Shown here: piece after piece, positions 21,531 to 33,084 of the stretch
Layout: the number at the start of each line of letters is the position of its first letter
Numbering within the stretch: the first letter of the stretch is position 1
DNA from: Escherichia coli
GTDB taxonomy: Bacteria; Pseudomonadota; Gammaproteobacteria; Enterobacterales; Enterobacteriaceae
Strand: one strand, 5' to 3'
Assembly (NCBI RefSeq): GCF_003334335.1
Contig: NZ_QOWQ01000020.1
DNA: 64,000 nucleotides
Program-made: the position numbers and the translations under genes
Notes under the pieces: generated by a model
The model's database searches: none
The model's input: only the letters and a program-made list of their open reading frames with translations
Told to the model about the DNA's origin: nothing

Positions 21531-22724
21531 ATGACGGAACAAGAAAAAACCTCCGCCGTGGTTGAAGAGACCAGGGAGGCCGTGGACACCACGTCACAAC
21601 CTGTCGCAACAGAAAAAAAGAGTAAGAACAATACCGCATTGATTCTCAGCGCGGTGGCTATCGCTATTGCTCTGGCGGCGGGCATCGGTTTGTATGGCTG
21701 GGGTAAACAACAGGCCGTCAATCAGACCGCCACCAGCGATGCCCTGGCTAACCAACTGACGGCATTGCAAAAAGCCCAGGAGAGCCAAAAAGCCGAGCTG
21801 GAAGGCATTATTAAGCAACAAGCTGCACAACTTAAGCAGGCGAATCGTCAGCAAGAAACGCTGGCAAAACAGTTGGATGAAGTCCAACAAAAGGTCGCCA
21901 CCATTTCCGGCAGCGATGCTAAAACCTGGCTGCTGGCTCAGGCCGATTTTCTGGTGAAACTCGCCGGACGGAAGCTGTGGAGCGATCAGGACGTCACGAC
22001 CGCTGCAGCGTTGCTGAAAAGTGCAGACGCCAGCCTGGCGGATATGAATGACCCGAGTCTGATTACCGTTCGTCGGGCAATTACCGATGATATCGCCAGC
22101 CTTTCTGCAGTATCGCAGGTGGATTATGACGGCATCATCCTTAAGCTTAATCAGCTTTCAAATCAGGTAGATAACCTGCGTCTGGCCGATAATGACAGCG
22201 ATGGTTCGCCGATGGATTCAGACGGTGAAGAGCTTTCCAGTTCCATCAGCGAATGGCGTATCAATCTGCAAAAAAGCTGGCAGAACTTTATGGACAACTT
22301 CATTACGATTCGCCGTCGTGATGACACCGCCGTACCGCTGTTAGCGCCAAATCAGGATATCTATCTGCGCGAAAATATTCGCTCTCGCCTGCTGGTCGCA
22401 GCACAAGCTGTACCGCGTCACCAGGAAGAGACTTATCGCCAGGCGCTGGAGAACGTCTCCACCTGGGTACGTGCTTACTACGATACTGATGATGCCACCA
22501 CCAAAGCGTTCCTCGACGAGGTGGACCAGTTAAGCCAGCAAAATATCTCGATGGATCTTCCGGAAACCCTGCAAAGCCAGGCGATGCTGGAAAAACTGAT
22601 GCAGACTCGCGTGCGTAACCTGCTGGCACAACCGGCAGCGGGGACAACGGAAGCTAAACCTGCACCTGCACCTGCACCTGCACCGCAAGCTGATACTCCG
22701 GCAGCCGCGCCGCAAGGAGAATAA
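21531..22724 (+). CDS. hemX: HemX membrane protein with C-terminal Pro-Ala repeat
   Basis: 397-aa ORF; N-terminal TM segment, coiled-coil region, PAPAPAPAP tail. Confidence 0.92.
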   Translation: MTEQEKTSAVVEETREAVDTTSQPVATEKKSKNNTALILSAVAIAIALAAGIGLYGWGKQQAVNQTATSDALANQLTALQKAQESQKAELEGIIKQQAAQLKQANRQQETLAKQLDEVQQKVATISGSDAKTWLLAQADFLVKLAGRKLWSDQDVTTAAALLKSADASLADMNDPSLITVRRAITDDIASLSAVSQVDYDGIILKLNQLSNQVDNLRLADNDSDGSPMDSDGEELSSSISEWRINLQKSWQNFMDNFITIRRRDDTAVPLLAPNQDIYLRENIRSRLLVAAQAVPRHQEETYRQALENVSTWVRAYYDTDDATTKAFLDEVDQLSQQNISMDLPETLQSQAMLEKLMQTRVRNLLAQPAAGTTEAKPAPAPAPAPQADTPAAAPQGE

Positions 22725-22726
22725 CC

Positions 22727-23923
22727 ATGCTAAAAGTGTTATTGCTCTTTGTGTTGCTGATTGCGGGGATCGTGGTTGGCCCGATGATTGCCGGCCATCA
22801 GGGTTATGTGCTGATCCAGACCGACAACTACAATATCGAAACCAGCGTCACGGGCCTGGCGATCATATTGATTCTGGCGATGGTAGTGCTGTTTGCCATT
22901 GAGTGGCTACTGCGGCGGATCTTCCGCACTGGCGCGCACACCCGTGGGTGGTTTGTCGGACGTAAGCGTCGCCGTGCACGTAAGCAGACCGAACAGGCGC
23001 TGCTGAAACTGGCGGAAGGCGATTATCAGCAAGTTGAAAAGCTGATGGCGAAAAATGCCGATCACGCGGAACAACCGGTGGTGAACTATCTACTGGCTGC
23101 CGAAGCCGCGCAACAACGTGGTGATGAAGCACGCGCCAACCAACATCTGGAACGCGCAGCGGAGCTGGCCGGCAACGACACCATTCCGGTAGAAATCACC
23201 CGCGTACGTCTGCAACTGGCCCGTAATGAAAACCATGCTGCACGCCACGGCGTGGATAAGCTGCTGGAAGTTACGCCACGCCATCCGGAAGTATTACGTC
23301 TGGCGGAACAGGCGTATATCCGCACAGGTGCATGGAGTTCGCTGCTGGATATTATCCCATCAATGGCGAAAGCCCATGTTGGTGATGAAGAACATCGTGC
23401 AATGCTGGAACAACAGGCATGGATTGGCCTGATGGATCAGGCGCGTGCCGATAACGGTAGCGAAGGTTTGCGTAACTGGTGGAAAAACCAAAGCCGGAAA
23501 ACGCGTCATCAGGTAGCGTTGCAGGTGGCAATGGCGGAACATCTTATTGAATGTGACGATCATGATACTGCCCAGCAAATTATCATCGATGGCCTGAAAC
23601 GCCAGTACGACGATCGCCTACTGCTGCCGATTCCTCGACTGAAAACAAACAATCCGGAACAGCTGGAAAAAGTGCTGCGCCAGCAAATCAAAAACGTCGG
23701 CGATCGCCCGCTGTTGTGGAGCACACTGGGCCAGTCACTGATGAAGCACGGAGAATGGCAGGAAGCATCGCTCGCCTTCCGCGCAGCGCTGAAACAACGT
23801 CCGGACGCCTACGATTACGCATGGCTTGCCGACGCGCTGGACAGACTGCACAAGCCGGAAGAAGCTGCAGCGATGCGTCGCGACGGTTTGATGTTAACGT
23901 TGCAGAATAACCCGCCACAGTAG
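22727..23923 (+). CDS. hemY: TPR membrane protein HemY
   Basis: 398-aa ORF immediately after hemX. Confidence 0.94.
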   Translation: MLKVLLLFVLLIAGIVVGPMIAGHQGYVLIQTDNYNIETSVTGLAIILILAMVVLFAIEWLLRRIFRTGAHTRGWFVGRKRRRARKQTEQALLKLAEGDYQQVEKLMAKNADHAEQPVVNYLLAAEAAQQRGDEARANQHLERAAELAGNDTIPVEITRVRLQLARNENHAARHGVDKLLEVTPRHPEVLRLAEQAYIRTGAWSSLLDIIPSMAKAHVGDEEHRAMLEQQAWIGLMDQARADNGSEGLRNWWKNQSRKTRHQVALQVAMAEHLIECDDHDTAQQIIIDGLKRQYDDRLLLPIPRLKTNNPEQLEKVLRQQIKNVGDRPLLWSTLGQSLMKHGEWQEASLAFRAALKQRPDAYDYAWLADALDRLHKPEEAAAMRRDGLMLTLQNNPPQ

Positions 23924-23970
23924 TTCCTTCTCACCCGGAGGCAAGCACCTCCGGGGCCTTCCTGATACAT

Positions 23971-24177
23971 AAAAAAACGCCTGCTCTTATTACGGAGCAG
24001 GCGTTAAAACAGGTCTGTATGACAACAAGTGGGTGCTTCACTCAACGTTGTGTCCATGGTGTCTGATGAGGCATAAGCGACATCTGTCAGTGGACGATAA
24101 GCACCGTAAACGGCTCTGCGTCATTCCGGAGTTTATGAGGCACTAAGGCGAACATAAGAGATGGAATGAGCATCTAC
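23971..24177 (-). ncRNA. glmZ: GlmZ (SraJ/RyiA) small regulatory RNA
   Basis: Minus strand begins GTAGATGCTCATTCCATCTC and ends in GC-rich hairpin (AACGCCTGCTCCGTAATAAGAGCAGGCGTT) plus U7; sits in hemY-aslA spacer as known for GlmZ. Confidence 0.85.
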
Positions 24178-24601
24178 TCGTTTATTATGCCACAGAGAAT
24201 CGGGAAATAACATCCCTTAACACTTGTTATGAGATAATTCTGTAATCCTCTTTGCTTCCTGAGTAATAACTTCCTGAGTGAATATTTAACCTGAGCTTGA
24301 TCCTACACATACTTATTATGAATGATAAAATTCATTCAATTAATAACACATATATTAATTGCCGTTAAAACTAAAAACAGCATCAATAATCAACGCGATA
24401 TAATAAACCTGCCTTACATATCAACTGCGCCAGAGGTAGGATTGAAAACGCTCTCCTGATTTTCCAATTCATTTTCTGGATAAATAAATAATTTATTTTT
24501 GTCACTATTATTTATGTAATCATCCTGTCAGGGAGAGGGATCTCAATTATCAATGCTTAATTACGTCATCATTTTGATGACATGAAACCGGAGCATTTTG
24601 C

Positions 24602-26257
24602 ATGGAATTTTCGTTTTCACCCAAACGTCTTGTTGTTGCTGTCGCCGCCGCTCTTCCTCTCATGGCCAGCGCAGCAGATACCCCGTCAACTGCCACCGCA
24701 CGCAAAGGCTTTGCCGGATACGATCACCCAAACCAGTATCTGGTTAAACCGGCGACCACTATTGCCGACAATATGATGCCAGTAATGCAGCATCCGGCGC
24801 AGGATAAAGAAACCCAGCAGAAGCTGGCAGAACTTGAGAAAAAAACCGGTAAGAAACCGAATGTGGTTGTTTTCTTGCTGGACGATGTGGGCTGGATGGA
24901 CGTCGGTTTTAACGGTGGCGGCGTGGCGGTGGGTAACCCTACACCAGATATCGACGCCGTTGCCAGCCAGGGGCTGATTTTAACTTCGGCGTATTCTCAA
25001 CCAAGCTCTTCCCCAACCCGCGCCACCATTCTCACCGGACAATACTCCATCCACCACGGCATTCTGATGCCGCCAATGTACGGGCAACCGGGCGGGCTGC
25101 AAGGGTTAACCACGCTGCCGCAGTTGCTGCACGATCAGGGCTACGTCACTCAGGCCATCGGAAAATGGCATATGGGGGAAAACAAAGAGTCGCAGCCGCA
25201 GAACGTTGGCTTTGATGATTTCCGTGGCTTTAACTCGGTGTCTGATATGTACACCGAATGGCGCGACGTTCACGTCAATCCGGAAGTGGCCCTGAGTCCG
25301 GACCGTTCTGAATACATCAAGCAATTACCGTTCAGCAAAGATGACGTTCATGCGGTGCGCGGCGGCGAACAACAGGCCATTGCCGACATTACGCCGAAAT
25401 ATATGGAAGATCTGGATCAACGCTGGATGGACTATGGCGTTAAGTTCCTCGACAAGATGGCGAAGAGCGATAAACCATTCTTCCTCTACTACGGCACTCG
25501 TGGCTGCCACTTCGATAACTACCCAAATGCGAAATATGCGGGTAGCTCTCCGGCACGCACCTCGTATGGCGACTGCATGGTGGAGATGAACGATGTGTTC
25601 GCTAATCTGTATAAAACACTGGAGAAAAACGGTCAGCTTGATAACACGCTGATCGTCTTTACCTCCGATAACGGACCGGAAGCCGAAGTACCGCCGCACG
25701 GACGCACCCCGTTCCGTGGTGCGAAAGGTTCGACCTGGGAAGGCGGCGTTCGCGTACCGACTTTCGTTTACTGGAAAGGGATGATCCAACCGCGTAAATC
25801 TGACGGTATTGTCGATCTGGCAGATCTCTTCCCTACCGCGCTGGATCTGGCAGGGCATCCTGGAGCGAAAGTGGCGAATTTAGTGCCGAAAACCACCTTT
25901 ATCGATGGTGTGGACCAGACATCCTTCTTCCTGGGAACAAATGGTCAGTCTAACCGTAAGGCCGAGCACTACTTCCTCAACGGTAAACTCGCTGCTGTGC
26001 GTATGGATGAGTTCAAGTATCACGTCCTGATTCAGCAACCTTACGCTTATACCCAGAGCGGATATCAGGGTGGATTCACCGGCACAGTAATGCAAACGGC
26101 GGGATCGTCGGTGTTTAACCTCTACACCGATCCGCAGGAAAGCGACTCCATCGGCGTGCGCCATATTCCGATGGGTGTACCGCTACAGACCGAAATGCAC
26201 GCGTATATGGAGATCCTGAAAAAATATCCACCACGCGCGCAGATTAAATCTGACTAA
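24602..26257 (+). CDS. aslA: arylsulfatase-family enzyme AslA
   Basis: 551-aa ORF with signal peptide [24 protein letters not shown]; sulfatase CxPxR-type motif context ([15 protein letters not shown]). Confidence 0.94.
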
Positions 26258-26285
26258 GCCGGCGCTATCGCTGAGATCTGCCTTT

Positions 26286-26390
<105 letters not shown>

Positions 26391-26415
26391 ATCAACCGCA
26401 GGCGGCCGCCGATTT

Positions 26416-27651
26416 CTACTTACTCACCACCAGCAAATGCGCATGCATAATGTCGCTGGCCGGGCGACCGTGCGCCAGCAAATCAGCCATTGCTTTAAGA
26501 TATGGCGGTAGATGGCGGAAATAACGCTGATACCCGGCACACAAATAATTCAGTCCCGGTTTGCCGCTGGCATCGAGCATGAAGCGGTGTTTCGGGCAGC
26601 CTCCCCAGCACGCTTTTAACACGTTACAACTGCGACACTGCGCCGGTAACTGCTTAAATTTATCTTCACCAAACGCCTGCTGTTGCGGGGAATCGATCAT
26701 TTCTGCAATTGTTTGCTGGTGCATATTCCCCAGCCGATATTGCGGATAAACATAGTGATCACAGGCGTAAACGTCGCCGTTGTGCTCAACAATCACCGAG
26801 CGCCCACAGGTTGGCTGATGATGGCAAACCGCACCCGGCGCACCGACAAAATTGGCAAACGCCCATTCGATATTCATCACGAAAATCTTGCCGACGTCGC
26901 GTTTGATCCAGTGGTCGAATATCGCCACCAGAAACTCACCGAACTCCTCGGGGCGCACCGACCATTCCGTTAGCTCACCCTGAATATCACCAGGCGCATG
27001 TAACTTAAGTCCATCGCGGGCAGTTGTTTCATCAGCCAGGCGCTCGACCACCGGAATAAACTGGATGAATTCGACTCCCGCATCGCACAAAAAATCATAT
27101 ACCTGCAACGGTTGCTGCGCGCTGGTGCGATTAACGCAGACCAGCACGTTATAGTCGACATGATGTTTTTGCAGGAGCGTCAGGGCACGCATCACCAGCT
27201 TATGCGTGGGTCTGCCACCTTTAGTCACGCGATATTGATTGTGGATCTCAGGCGGGCCATCCAGCGATAAACCAACAAGAAAATGATGCTCCGCGAGAAA
27301 CGCGCACCATTCGTCATCCAGCAGCACGCCGTTAGTCTGGAAGCTGTTACTTATCTTCCTGCCAGCACCATATTTCGCCTGTAGCGCTACGGCACGGCGG
27401 TAAAACGCCAGCCCGAGTAGCGTTGGTTCGCCGCCCTGCCAGGTAAAAGCCACTTCGTTTTGCGGTTCGCTGGCAGCGATATAGTGACGGACATACGCTT
27501 CCAGCGTGTCATCGTCCATATGCGTGACTGGCTTTTCGCGGTAAAGGGATTGTTTTTCGAGATAAAAACAGTAGTCACAGTTCAGATTACAATCGGAACC
27601 GCTCGGTTTCGCCATCACATGAAAAGCACGCGTTGGAACCTGTTGCAGCAT
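26416..27651 (-). CDS. aslB: anaerobic sulfatase-maturating enzyme homologue (radical SAM)
   Basis: Track ORF 421 aa; known start MLQQVPTRAFHVMAKPSGSDCNLNCDYCFY (CxxxCxxC radical-SAM motif). Confidence 0.93.
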   Translation of the reverse strand: MLQQVPTRAFHVMAKPSGSDCNLNCDYCFYLEKQSLYREKPVTHMDDDTLEAYVRHYIAASEPQNEVAFTWQGGEPTLLGLAFYRRAVALQAKYGAGRKISNSFQTNGVLLDDEWCAFLAEHHFLVGLSLDGPPEIHNQYRVTKGGRPTHKLVMRALTLLQKHHVDYNVLVCVNRTSAQQPLQVYDFLCDAGVEFIQFIPVVERLADETTARDGLKLHAPGDIQGELTEWSVRPEEFGEFLVAIFDHWIKRDVGKIFVMNIEWAFANFVGAPGAVCHHQPTCGRSVIVEHNGDVYACDHYVYPQYRLGNMHQQTIAEMIDSPQQQAFGEDKFKQLPAQCRSCNVLKACWGGCPKHRFMLDASGKPGLNYLCAGYQRYFRHLPPYLKAMADLLAHGRPASDIMHAHLLVVSK

Positions 27652-27757
27652 GGTCGCTCCTTGCCTGAAGTCATCCTTCAATACGTTAAGGGCGAAATCA
27701 TACCGTGGGGCAATGAGTTATTACGGGCGTTTATTGCGAAGGGAGGGTGACGAAATG

Positions 27758-27789
27758 CACAGAAAACAAAAAACCCCGCCGAAGCGGGG
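27758..27789 (-). terminator. rho-independent terminator ending the argX-hisR-leuT-proM tRNA operon
   Basis: Minus strand AACCCCGC-TTCG-GCGGGGTT followed by TTTTTGTTTT. Confidence 0.75.
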
Positions 27790-27797
27790 TTCAAAAT

Positions 27798-27874
27798 TGG
27801 TCGGCGAGAGAGGATTCGAACCTCCGACCCACTGGTCCCAAACCAGTTGCGCTACCAAGCTGCGCTACTCGCCG
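27798..27874 (-). tRNA. proM: tRNA-Pro (CGG)
   Basis: Reverse complement reads CGGCGAGTAGCGCAGCTTGGTAGCGCAACTGGTTTGGGACCAGTGGGTCGGAGGTTCGAATCCTCTCTCGCCGACCA. Confidence 0.97.
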
Positions 27875-27916
27875 AAATACTGCTTTTTGAATTTTTAGTT
27901 CAATTCTTTAAAGTCG

Positions 27917-28003
27917 TGGTGCGAGGGGGGGGACTTGAACCCCCACGTCCGTAAGGACACTAACACCTGAAGCTAGCGCGTCTACCAATTCCGCCACCTT
28001 CGC
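27917..28003 (-). tRNA. leuT: tRNA-Leu (CAG)
   Basis: 87-nt reverse complement GCGAAGGTGGCGGAATTGGTAGACGCGCTAGCTTCAGGTG...CACCA with long variable arm. Confidence 0.97.
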
Positions 28004-28023
28004 ATTGTCACAACTTCTAATAA

Positions 28024-28100
28024 TGGGGTGGCTAATGGGATTCGAACCCACGACAACTGGAATCACAATCCAGGGCTCTACCAACTGAGCTATAGCCACC
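28024..28100 (-). tRNA. hisR: tRNA-His (GUG)
   Basis: Reverse complement GGTGGCTATAGCTCAGTTGGTAGAGCCCTGGATTGTGATTCCAG...CCCCA. Confidence 0.97.
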
Positions 28101-28157
28101 ACTACAAATCTTGTTACGCGGTATTACTACCACCGCAGCTCAAGCGCCGGGACTAAA

Positions 28158-28234
<77 letters not shown>

Positions 28235-28336
28235 TTAGCGCCGTTTCGGGGGTGGATAATACGGACTTCCCACCCCTCTGTCTAGTCCCTTTTTAAATAA
28301 ATTGCGCGTTTGGTTACGGTTTGTGCGTTTTGCTGC

Positions 28337-29722
28337 TTATTCCTCCAGTTTATGCGCTTTCCCGTGGCGATTAAGGCCAAAAACTTTATAAATCGCCGTC
28401 ACCGCCAGCATAAAGATGATGCCAACAAACAGCGACATACGCGTATCTTCATTAAAGTACATGCCGATCAAAACGCAAATCAGGAATGCCATTGTTACGT
28501 AATTGGCCCACGGGAACAGGATTGAGCGGAACGGATGGCTGGCAATCGCCGCTTTATGTGCACGCCGAAAACGCAGCTGGCTTATCAATATCACAAACCA
28601 TGGCACCATCCCCGGAAGCACGCTGGCACTGTAGACGTAGACAAACACACGCTGCGGATTGGGAATGATGTAGTTCAGGCATGAGCCAATTAGCAGAATA
28701 GCAATAGATACTGCCACACCCGCAACCGGTACGCCGTGACGGGAAACTTTCGCCATTGCCGCCGGTAACTGACGGTTTTTCGCCAGTGCGTAGAGCATAC
28801 GTCCGCAACTGTACATGCCGCTGTTACAGCCAGAGAGCGCAGCCGTCAGCACCACAAAGTTGATAATGCCCGCCGCTGCGGTAATACCGATTTTGGCAAA
28901 AGTCAGTACGAACGGGCTGCCGTTGCTGCCTATTTCATTCCACGGGAAGATGGTGACGATAACGAAAATCGCGCCTACGTAGAAAATCAGGATCCGCCAC
29001 AGCACCTTGCCTACGGCACTGCGCAGCGTCACCTGCGGATTCTTCGCTTCACCGGCAGTAATGCCAATCAGCTCCACGCCCTGGTAGGACGCCACCACAA
29101 TACACAGAGCGGTCAGGAACCCTTTCCAGCCACCCGCAAAGAAACCGCCATGCTCTGTGAGATTGCTAAAACCAATCGACTGCCCTCCATTGCCAAAGCC
29201 AAAGAAAATCACGCCCAGGCCAATGACAATCATCACGATAATCGTGGTGACTTTGATCATCGCGAACCAGAACTCGATTTCGCCGTACAACCGCACCGCC
29301 GCCAGATTCGCCAACGCCACCAGCGCCACTGCGATCAATGCGGGTATCCACTGCGCCATCTCCGGGAACCAGAACTGGACATAAACGCCAATGGCGGTGA
29401 TTTCAGAGATCCCCACCGCCATCCACATAAACCAGTAAGACCAGGCGGTGAGATAGCCAAAGAACGGGCTCATATAACGATGCGCATAAACGGCGAACGA
29501 ACCGGTAACCGGTTCGAGGAACAACATTTCGCCCATTGAACGCATGATGAAAAAGACGAACAGCCCGGCGATGATATAGGCCAACAATACGGATGGCCCG
29601 GCCCATTTCAGGGTACTGGCGGCCCCCATAAACAGGCCGACGCCAATGGTGCCCCCCAGGGCGATGAGTTCGATATGTCGAGCTTCCAGCCCACGCTGTA
29701 GCTCTGGTTTGTTATCTGCCAT
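28337..29722 (-). CDS. yifK: APC-family amino acid permease YifK
   Basis: 461-aa [36 protein letters not shown]. Confidence 0.95.
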
Positions 29723-29853
29723 AAATCCTCGTGTTGTGTTTGCATGCTTTCCGGTGTTACCGGTTATCGTTATGGGTACATCGAGTGTTGCAAATGTTTT
29801 CGTAATTCAGGAGAAATGGCAAATAAAGCATTAAAAATTTGAATGCTTTGTGT

Positions 29854-29894
29854 AATAAAAAAGCAGACAGGCGACGGAGTGACCACTCCGTCGC
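29854..29894 (-). terminator. candidate terminator at the end of the ECA (wec) operon
   Basis: Minus strand GCGACGGAGTGGTCACTCCGTCGC hairpin, 7-nt spacer, then CTTTTTTATT. Confidence 0.45.
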
Positions 29895-29912
29895 TTTACA
29901 AAGAGAGGAAAA

Positions 29913-30653
29913 TCATAGGTTGCCGGTGTAGTGCCAGCGTAAATAACGCAGCAAACGAAGCTGACGCTTAATGCGGCTCGGCTGCGAAAGCAGGCGGTAG
30001 AGCCACTCCAGCCCCAGCGTTTGCCAGATTTTCGGTGCGCGTTTTACGTGACCGGTGAAAACATCGTAAGTCCCGCCAACGCCCATATACAGCGCATCTG
30101 GATGTACCAGACGGCAGTCGCGCATGATGATCTCCTGCTTTGGCGATCCCATCGCAACGGTGACGATTTGCGCACCGCTGGCATGAATGCGTTCAAACAG
30201 CGCCTGACGCTGCTCGGGTTTAAAATAACCATCCTGACTGCCAACGATATTCACATTCCACTGGTTGCGCAGTTTAGCTTCAGTTTGCGCCAGCACTTCA
30301 GGTTTACCGCCCACAAGAAATACCGGCGTCCCTTCTTTGCCTGCGCGCGCCATCAGCTCTTCCCAGAGATCGGCACCGGCAACGCGGGAAACCTGCGCCT
30401 GCGGGTACTTTTTGCGTACTGAACGTACAACGCTGATGCCATCCGCATATTTAAATTCGGCAGCGTTAATTAACTCCCTGACCTCGGCGTTATCTTCAAT
30501 AGTCAGCATTTTTTCAGCATTAATGGCAACCAGCGTTCCCTGCTTAAGCTGCCCGTCAGCAAACAGATAATCGAGGGCGTGCTGCATATCACGCCAACCA
30601 ATCAACTGTAAGCCACGCAGCGTATAGGTTGGTGCCGTGGTGTTGTTATTCAT
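29913..30653 (-). CDS. wecG: UDP-ManNAcA:lipid I N-acetylmannosaminuronosyltransferase (ECA)
   Basis: 246-aa ORF; WecB/TagA/CpsF glycosyltransferase family; position at end of ECA cluster. Confidence 0.93.
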   Translation of the reverse strand: MNNNTTAPTYTLRGLQLIGWRDMQHALDYLFADGQLKQGTLVAINAEKMLTIEDNAEVRELINAAEFKYADGISVVRSVRKKYPQAQVSRVAGADLWEELMARAGKEGTPVFLVGGKPEVLAQTEAKLRNQWNVNIVGSQDGYFKPEQRQALFERIHASGAQIVTVAMGSPKQEIIMRDCRLVHPDALYMGVGGTYDVFTGHVKRAPKIWQTLGLEWLYRLLSQPSRIKRQLRLLRYLRWHYTGNL

Positions 30654-30655
30654 TG

Positions 30656-32008
30656 TTATCCTTCAACCTGCGTCCGGAGCGATGATTTTGTACGTTTATG
30701 AATGAGTCCGGCGCTTTCAAAAAGCCAGTACAACAGTTTTGCGATCATCAGACATGCGCCGAAGACCACGATAAAAAAGACCACGCGTGAGACAAACGAA
30801 TCCAGCCCTTCACGCGCCAGCACGATCATATTGAAGATCGCCCCAAAGCAGAAACTGTGCAATATCGCAGCTTTATAGCGATTAGGCTCGCGGTTGCCCA
30901 GCTCATACAGCCAGTCGAACCATTTGATGATCAGACCAACCACGATCGCCCCGAGCGGGATGAACAACGCGCCGCCCATCACCACCAGTGAGCCTATAAG
31001 CGTAGGCGAGATCGCCAGTCCGGAGTGGTTATTCAGCACTTCCCAGGTAAAGTAGTTGGCTGAGTTCAGCACCATACTCGGGCGACCCGGCCACAGCCAG
31101 GAAGGGATAAAGACATAGAAATCGCGGACAATTGGAGCCAGGCCCTGGAAGTCGATGTTGTCGTAGTTCTGCAACAGCAACGCCAGATTCTCCCACGGCG
31201 AGAAGGTGTCGCGAGTGAGATAGAGAAACGTATAGAACGCTTCATCGCCGCTCACATTCATTCCATAGCGTTTTAGTGCCAGCCAGAACATGCCAACAAT
31301 CCCCAGCACGCCCGCCGCCGCCAGCATCCACAACGAAATCCAGCCGCGAATAATGCCAATAAACAGGAAGATAGCGAATGCGATGATGATATTGGCGCGA
31401 GTGCCGCCGACAATCATATAAGTCAGCAAGCCAAAGGCGACCGTGCTGACGAGGAAAAACAGCCACGCTTTGCTGTCCTGGCGCAGAAAGTAGACCACCA
31501 GCATCGCCGGGATGAAAAAGTAAAAGAAGCGTTTTAACGCCACGCCGGAGACTTCACTGGAAAAGATCTGACTGTAGGAGTTAAGCCGGAACAGCAAAAA
31601 GCCGTTGTGCATGAAGAAGATGCCGACGCTTACCAGCGCGATACCCATCAGGATCACCCACGTAAGATTGGTCTCCACGCGGTTCATGGTAAACAGCGGA
31701 CGGCGCGGTACATCAGCAACGCGTTTGCGTAGGCGGGTTTTGTAGGTGACATAGTAAACCGCGTAGAAGCAGCCCGCAGAAAGCAACGCCTGCAACAAGA
31801 TTTCTGGCGGCGCGACACCAACATCAAAGCGAAATACCAGCACGCTGGTCAGCGGGAAGCCGAAGAAAAAGGTGAGCAAAAACAGCAATGAAAAGAAGAC
31901 ATTGAAGTTAAAGCGCACACGGCGAAACTCAAACCAGGTCAGCGTGGCAATAAACAGCGTGCAGAGCAGCCAGACAACAAACAGGCCACTGAATTGCAGC
32001 AGACTCAT
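30656..32008 (-). CDS. wzyE: ECA polymerase
   Basis: 450-aa polytopic membrane ORF. Confidence 0.93.
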   Translation of the reverse strand: MSLLQFSGLFVVWLLCTLFIATLTWFEFRRVRFNFNVFFSLLFLLTFFFGFPLTSVLVFRFDVGVAPPEILLQALLSAGCFYAVYYVTYKTRLRKRVADVPRRPLFTMNRVETNLTWVILMGIALVSVGIFFMHNGFLLFRLNSYSQIFSSEVSGVALKRFFYFFIPAMLVVYFLRQDSKAWLFFLVSTVAFGLLTYMIVGGTRANIIIAFAIFLFIGIIRGWISLWMLAAAGVLGIVGMFWLALKRYGMNVSGDEAFYTFLYLTRDTFSPWENLALLLQNYDNIDFQGLAPIVRDFYVFIPSWLWPGRPSMVLNSANYFTWEVLNNHSGLAISPTLIGSLVVMGGALFIPLGAIVVGLIIKWFDWLYELGNREPNRYKAAILHSFCFGAIFNMIVLAREGLDSFVSRVVFFIVVFGACLMIAKLLYWLFESAGLIHKRTKSSLRTQVEG

Positions 32009-33084
32009 GCGACCTCCCCGGCGGCAATCGCCAACGCCCGCTGCCAGCCTTGTAGATAGTTAGGGCTAAAGAAGGCAATGGTGTTTTTATCCACCGACGC
32101 CAACTGGCGCTGCGCTTCACGCACAATATCCTCGTTGAGATCGTCGGTAGTAAACAGCACCGGCAAATGTTGTTCCGTCATATCCTGCCAGAACGGATTT
32201 TCCCGGTTAAGCACACAAGGAATGCCCGCCTGAATCAGTAAGCACAGCGTACCAATGCCCTGCTGGCGGGCAAAAATAAAGTAACCAAGATCGCACTGAC
32301 GAAGTAGCGCCAGATAGGCGTCAAATTCCAGTTTTTCGCTCAGAATTTGTAGATTTTCTTCGCTGAATAACTCCAGCCCCGCCTGACGAACTTCCTCAAT
32401 GTACGCTTCGTTATTAGGCGGATATCCCATCGGCACCACCACTTTTACCGTATCGCCAAATTGCTGATGAACGGCGCGCAAGGCAGCAATATGCTCATTG
32501 CTGCGGTCGCCGGAGTTCCCCACCAGAATGGTCATTTTCCCTTCACGTTGCCGATCGTTCGCCATCGTATTGAGCGAAGGGTCCATCCGCGTCGGGAAGA
32601 ACAGCAGTTCGCCCCGCACCTTTGGGTGCGTTTTGGCAAAAAAGCTCAAATCGCCGCGGGTGGCAAATACACAGCCGACTCGCTTTTGCGCCAGGCGACG
32701 TAGTGGGTAAAAAAGCTTATATCTCAAGCCACTGGAAAGCTCATACAGGTCTGCCCCCCAGATATGCCAGAAAAACTGGCTGGGCTTAATGCCACCACTC
32801 AGCAGAGCCAGCCACAGTGTGGGATTGAACTGACCGTGGAAGAAAAAACGCTGCTGACGGTTAGCTTTTGCTTTCGCGATGACCGCTTCCGCCAGCGATT
32901 TTTTCCCAGGGAAAAATTGCACAGAAAGCGCCGGACAGCTATCACTTAAGCCGTCGTCCTTGCCAACAACCATAAACTCGCGCGCGTGCTCGCTCGTCGC
33001 GGCCAGCGCGTCATTGAAAAACCGCAAAACGGTTCGGTTATGGTGAGGGATATCCGATCCCAGTACGTGAATCAGTACAGTCAT
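32005..33084 (-). CDS. wecF: TDP-Fuc4NAc:lipid II 4-alpha-N-acetylfucosaminyltransferase
   Basis: 359-aa ORF, 4-nt overlap with neighbours. Confidence 0.93.
   Translation of the reverse strand: MTVLIHVLGSDIPHHNRTVLRFFNDALAATSEHAREFMVVGKDDGLSDSCPALSVQFFPGKKSLAEAVIAKAKANRQQRFFFHGQFNPTLWLALLSGGIKPSQFFWHIWGADLYELSSGLRYKLFYPLRRLAQKRVGCVFATRGDLSFFAKTHPKVRGELLFFPTRMDPSLNTMANDRQREGKMTILVGNSGDRSNEHIAALRAVHQQFGDTVKVVVPMGYPPNNEAYIEEVRQAGLELFSEENLQILSEKLEFDAYLALLRQCDLGYFIFARQQGIGTLCLLIQAGIPCVLNRENPFWQDMTEQHLPVLFTTDDLNEDIVREAQRQLASVDKNTIAFFSPNYLQGWQRALAIAAGEVA

Noticed and set aside
22530-22715. 61-aa minus-strand [23 protein letters not shown]
   Set aside because: Artefact of the CCTGCA tandem repeat inside hemX read on the opposite strand.
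23924-24601. Possible mobile-element scar or CRISPR-like array in the AT-rich hemY-aslA spacer
   Set aside because: The repeats present are only 10 bp and two to three copies with irregular spacing; no long regularly spaced array, no terminal inverted repeats and no transposase or cas gene nearby. The region is explained by glmZ plus the aslA promoter.
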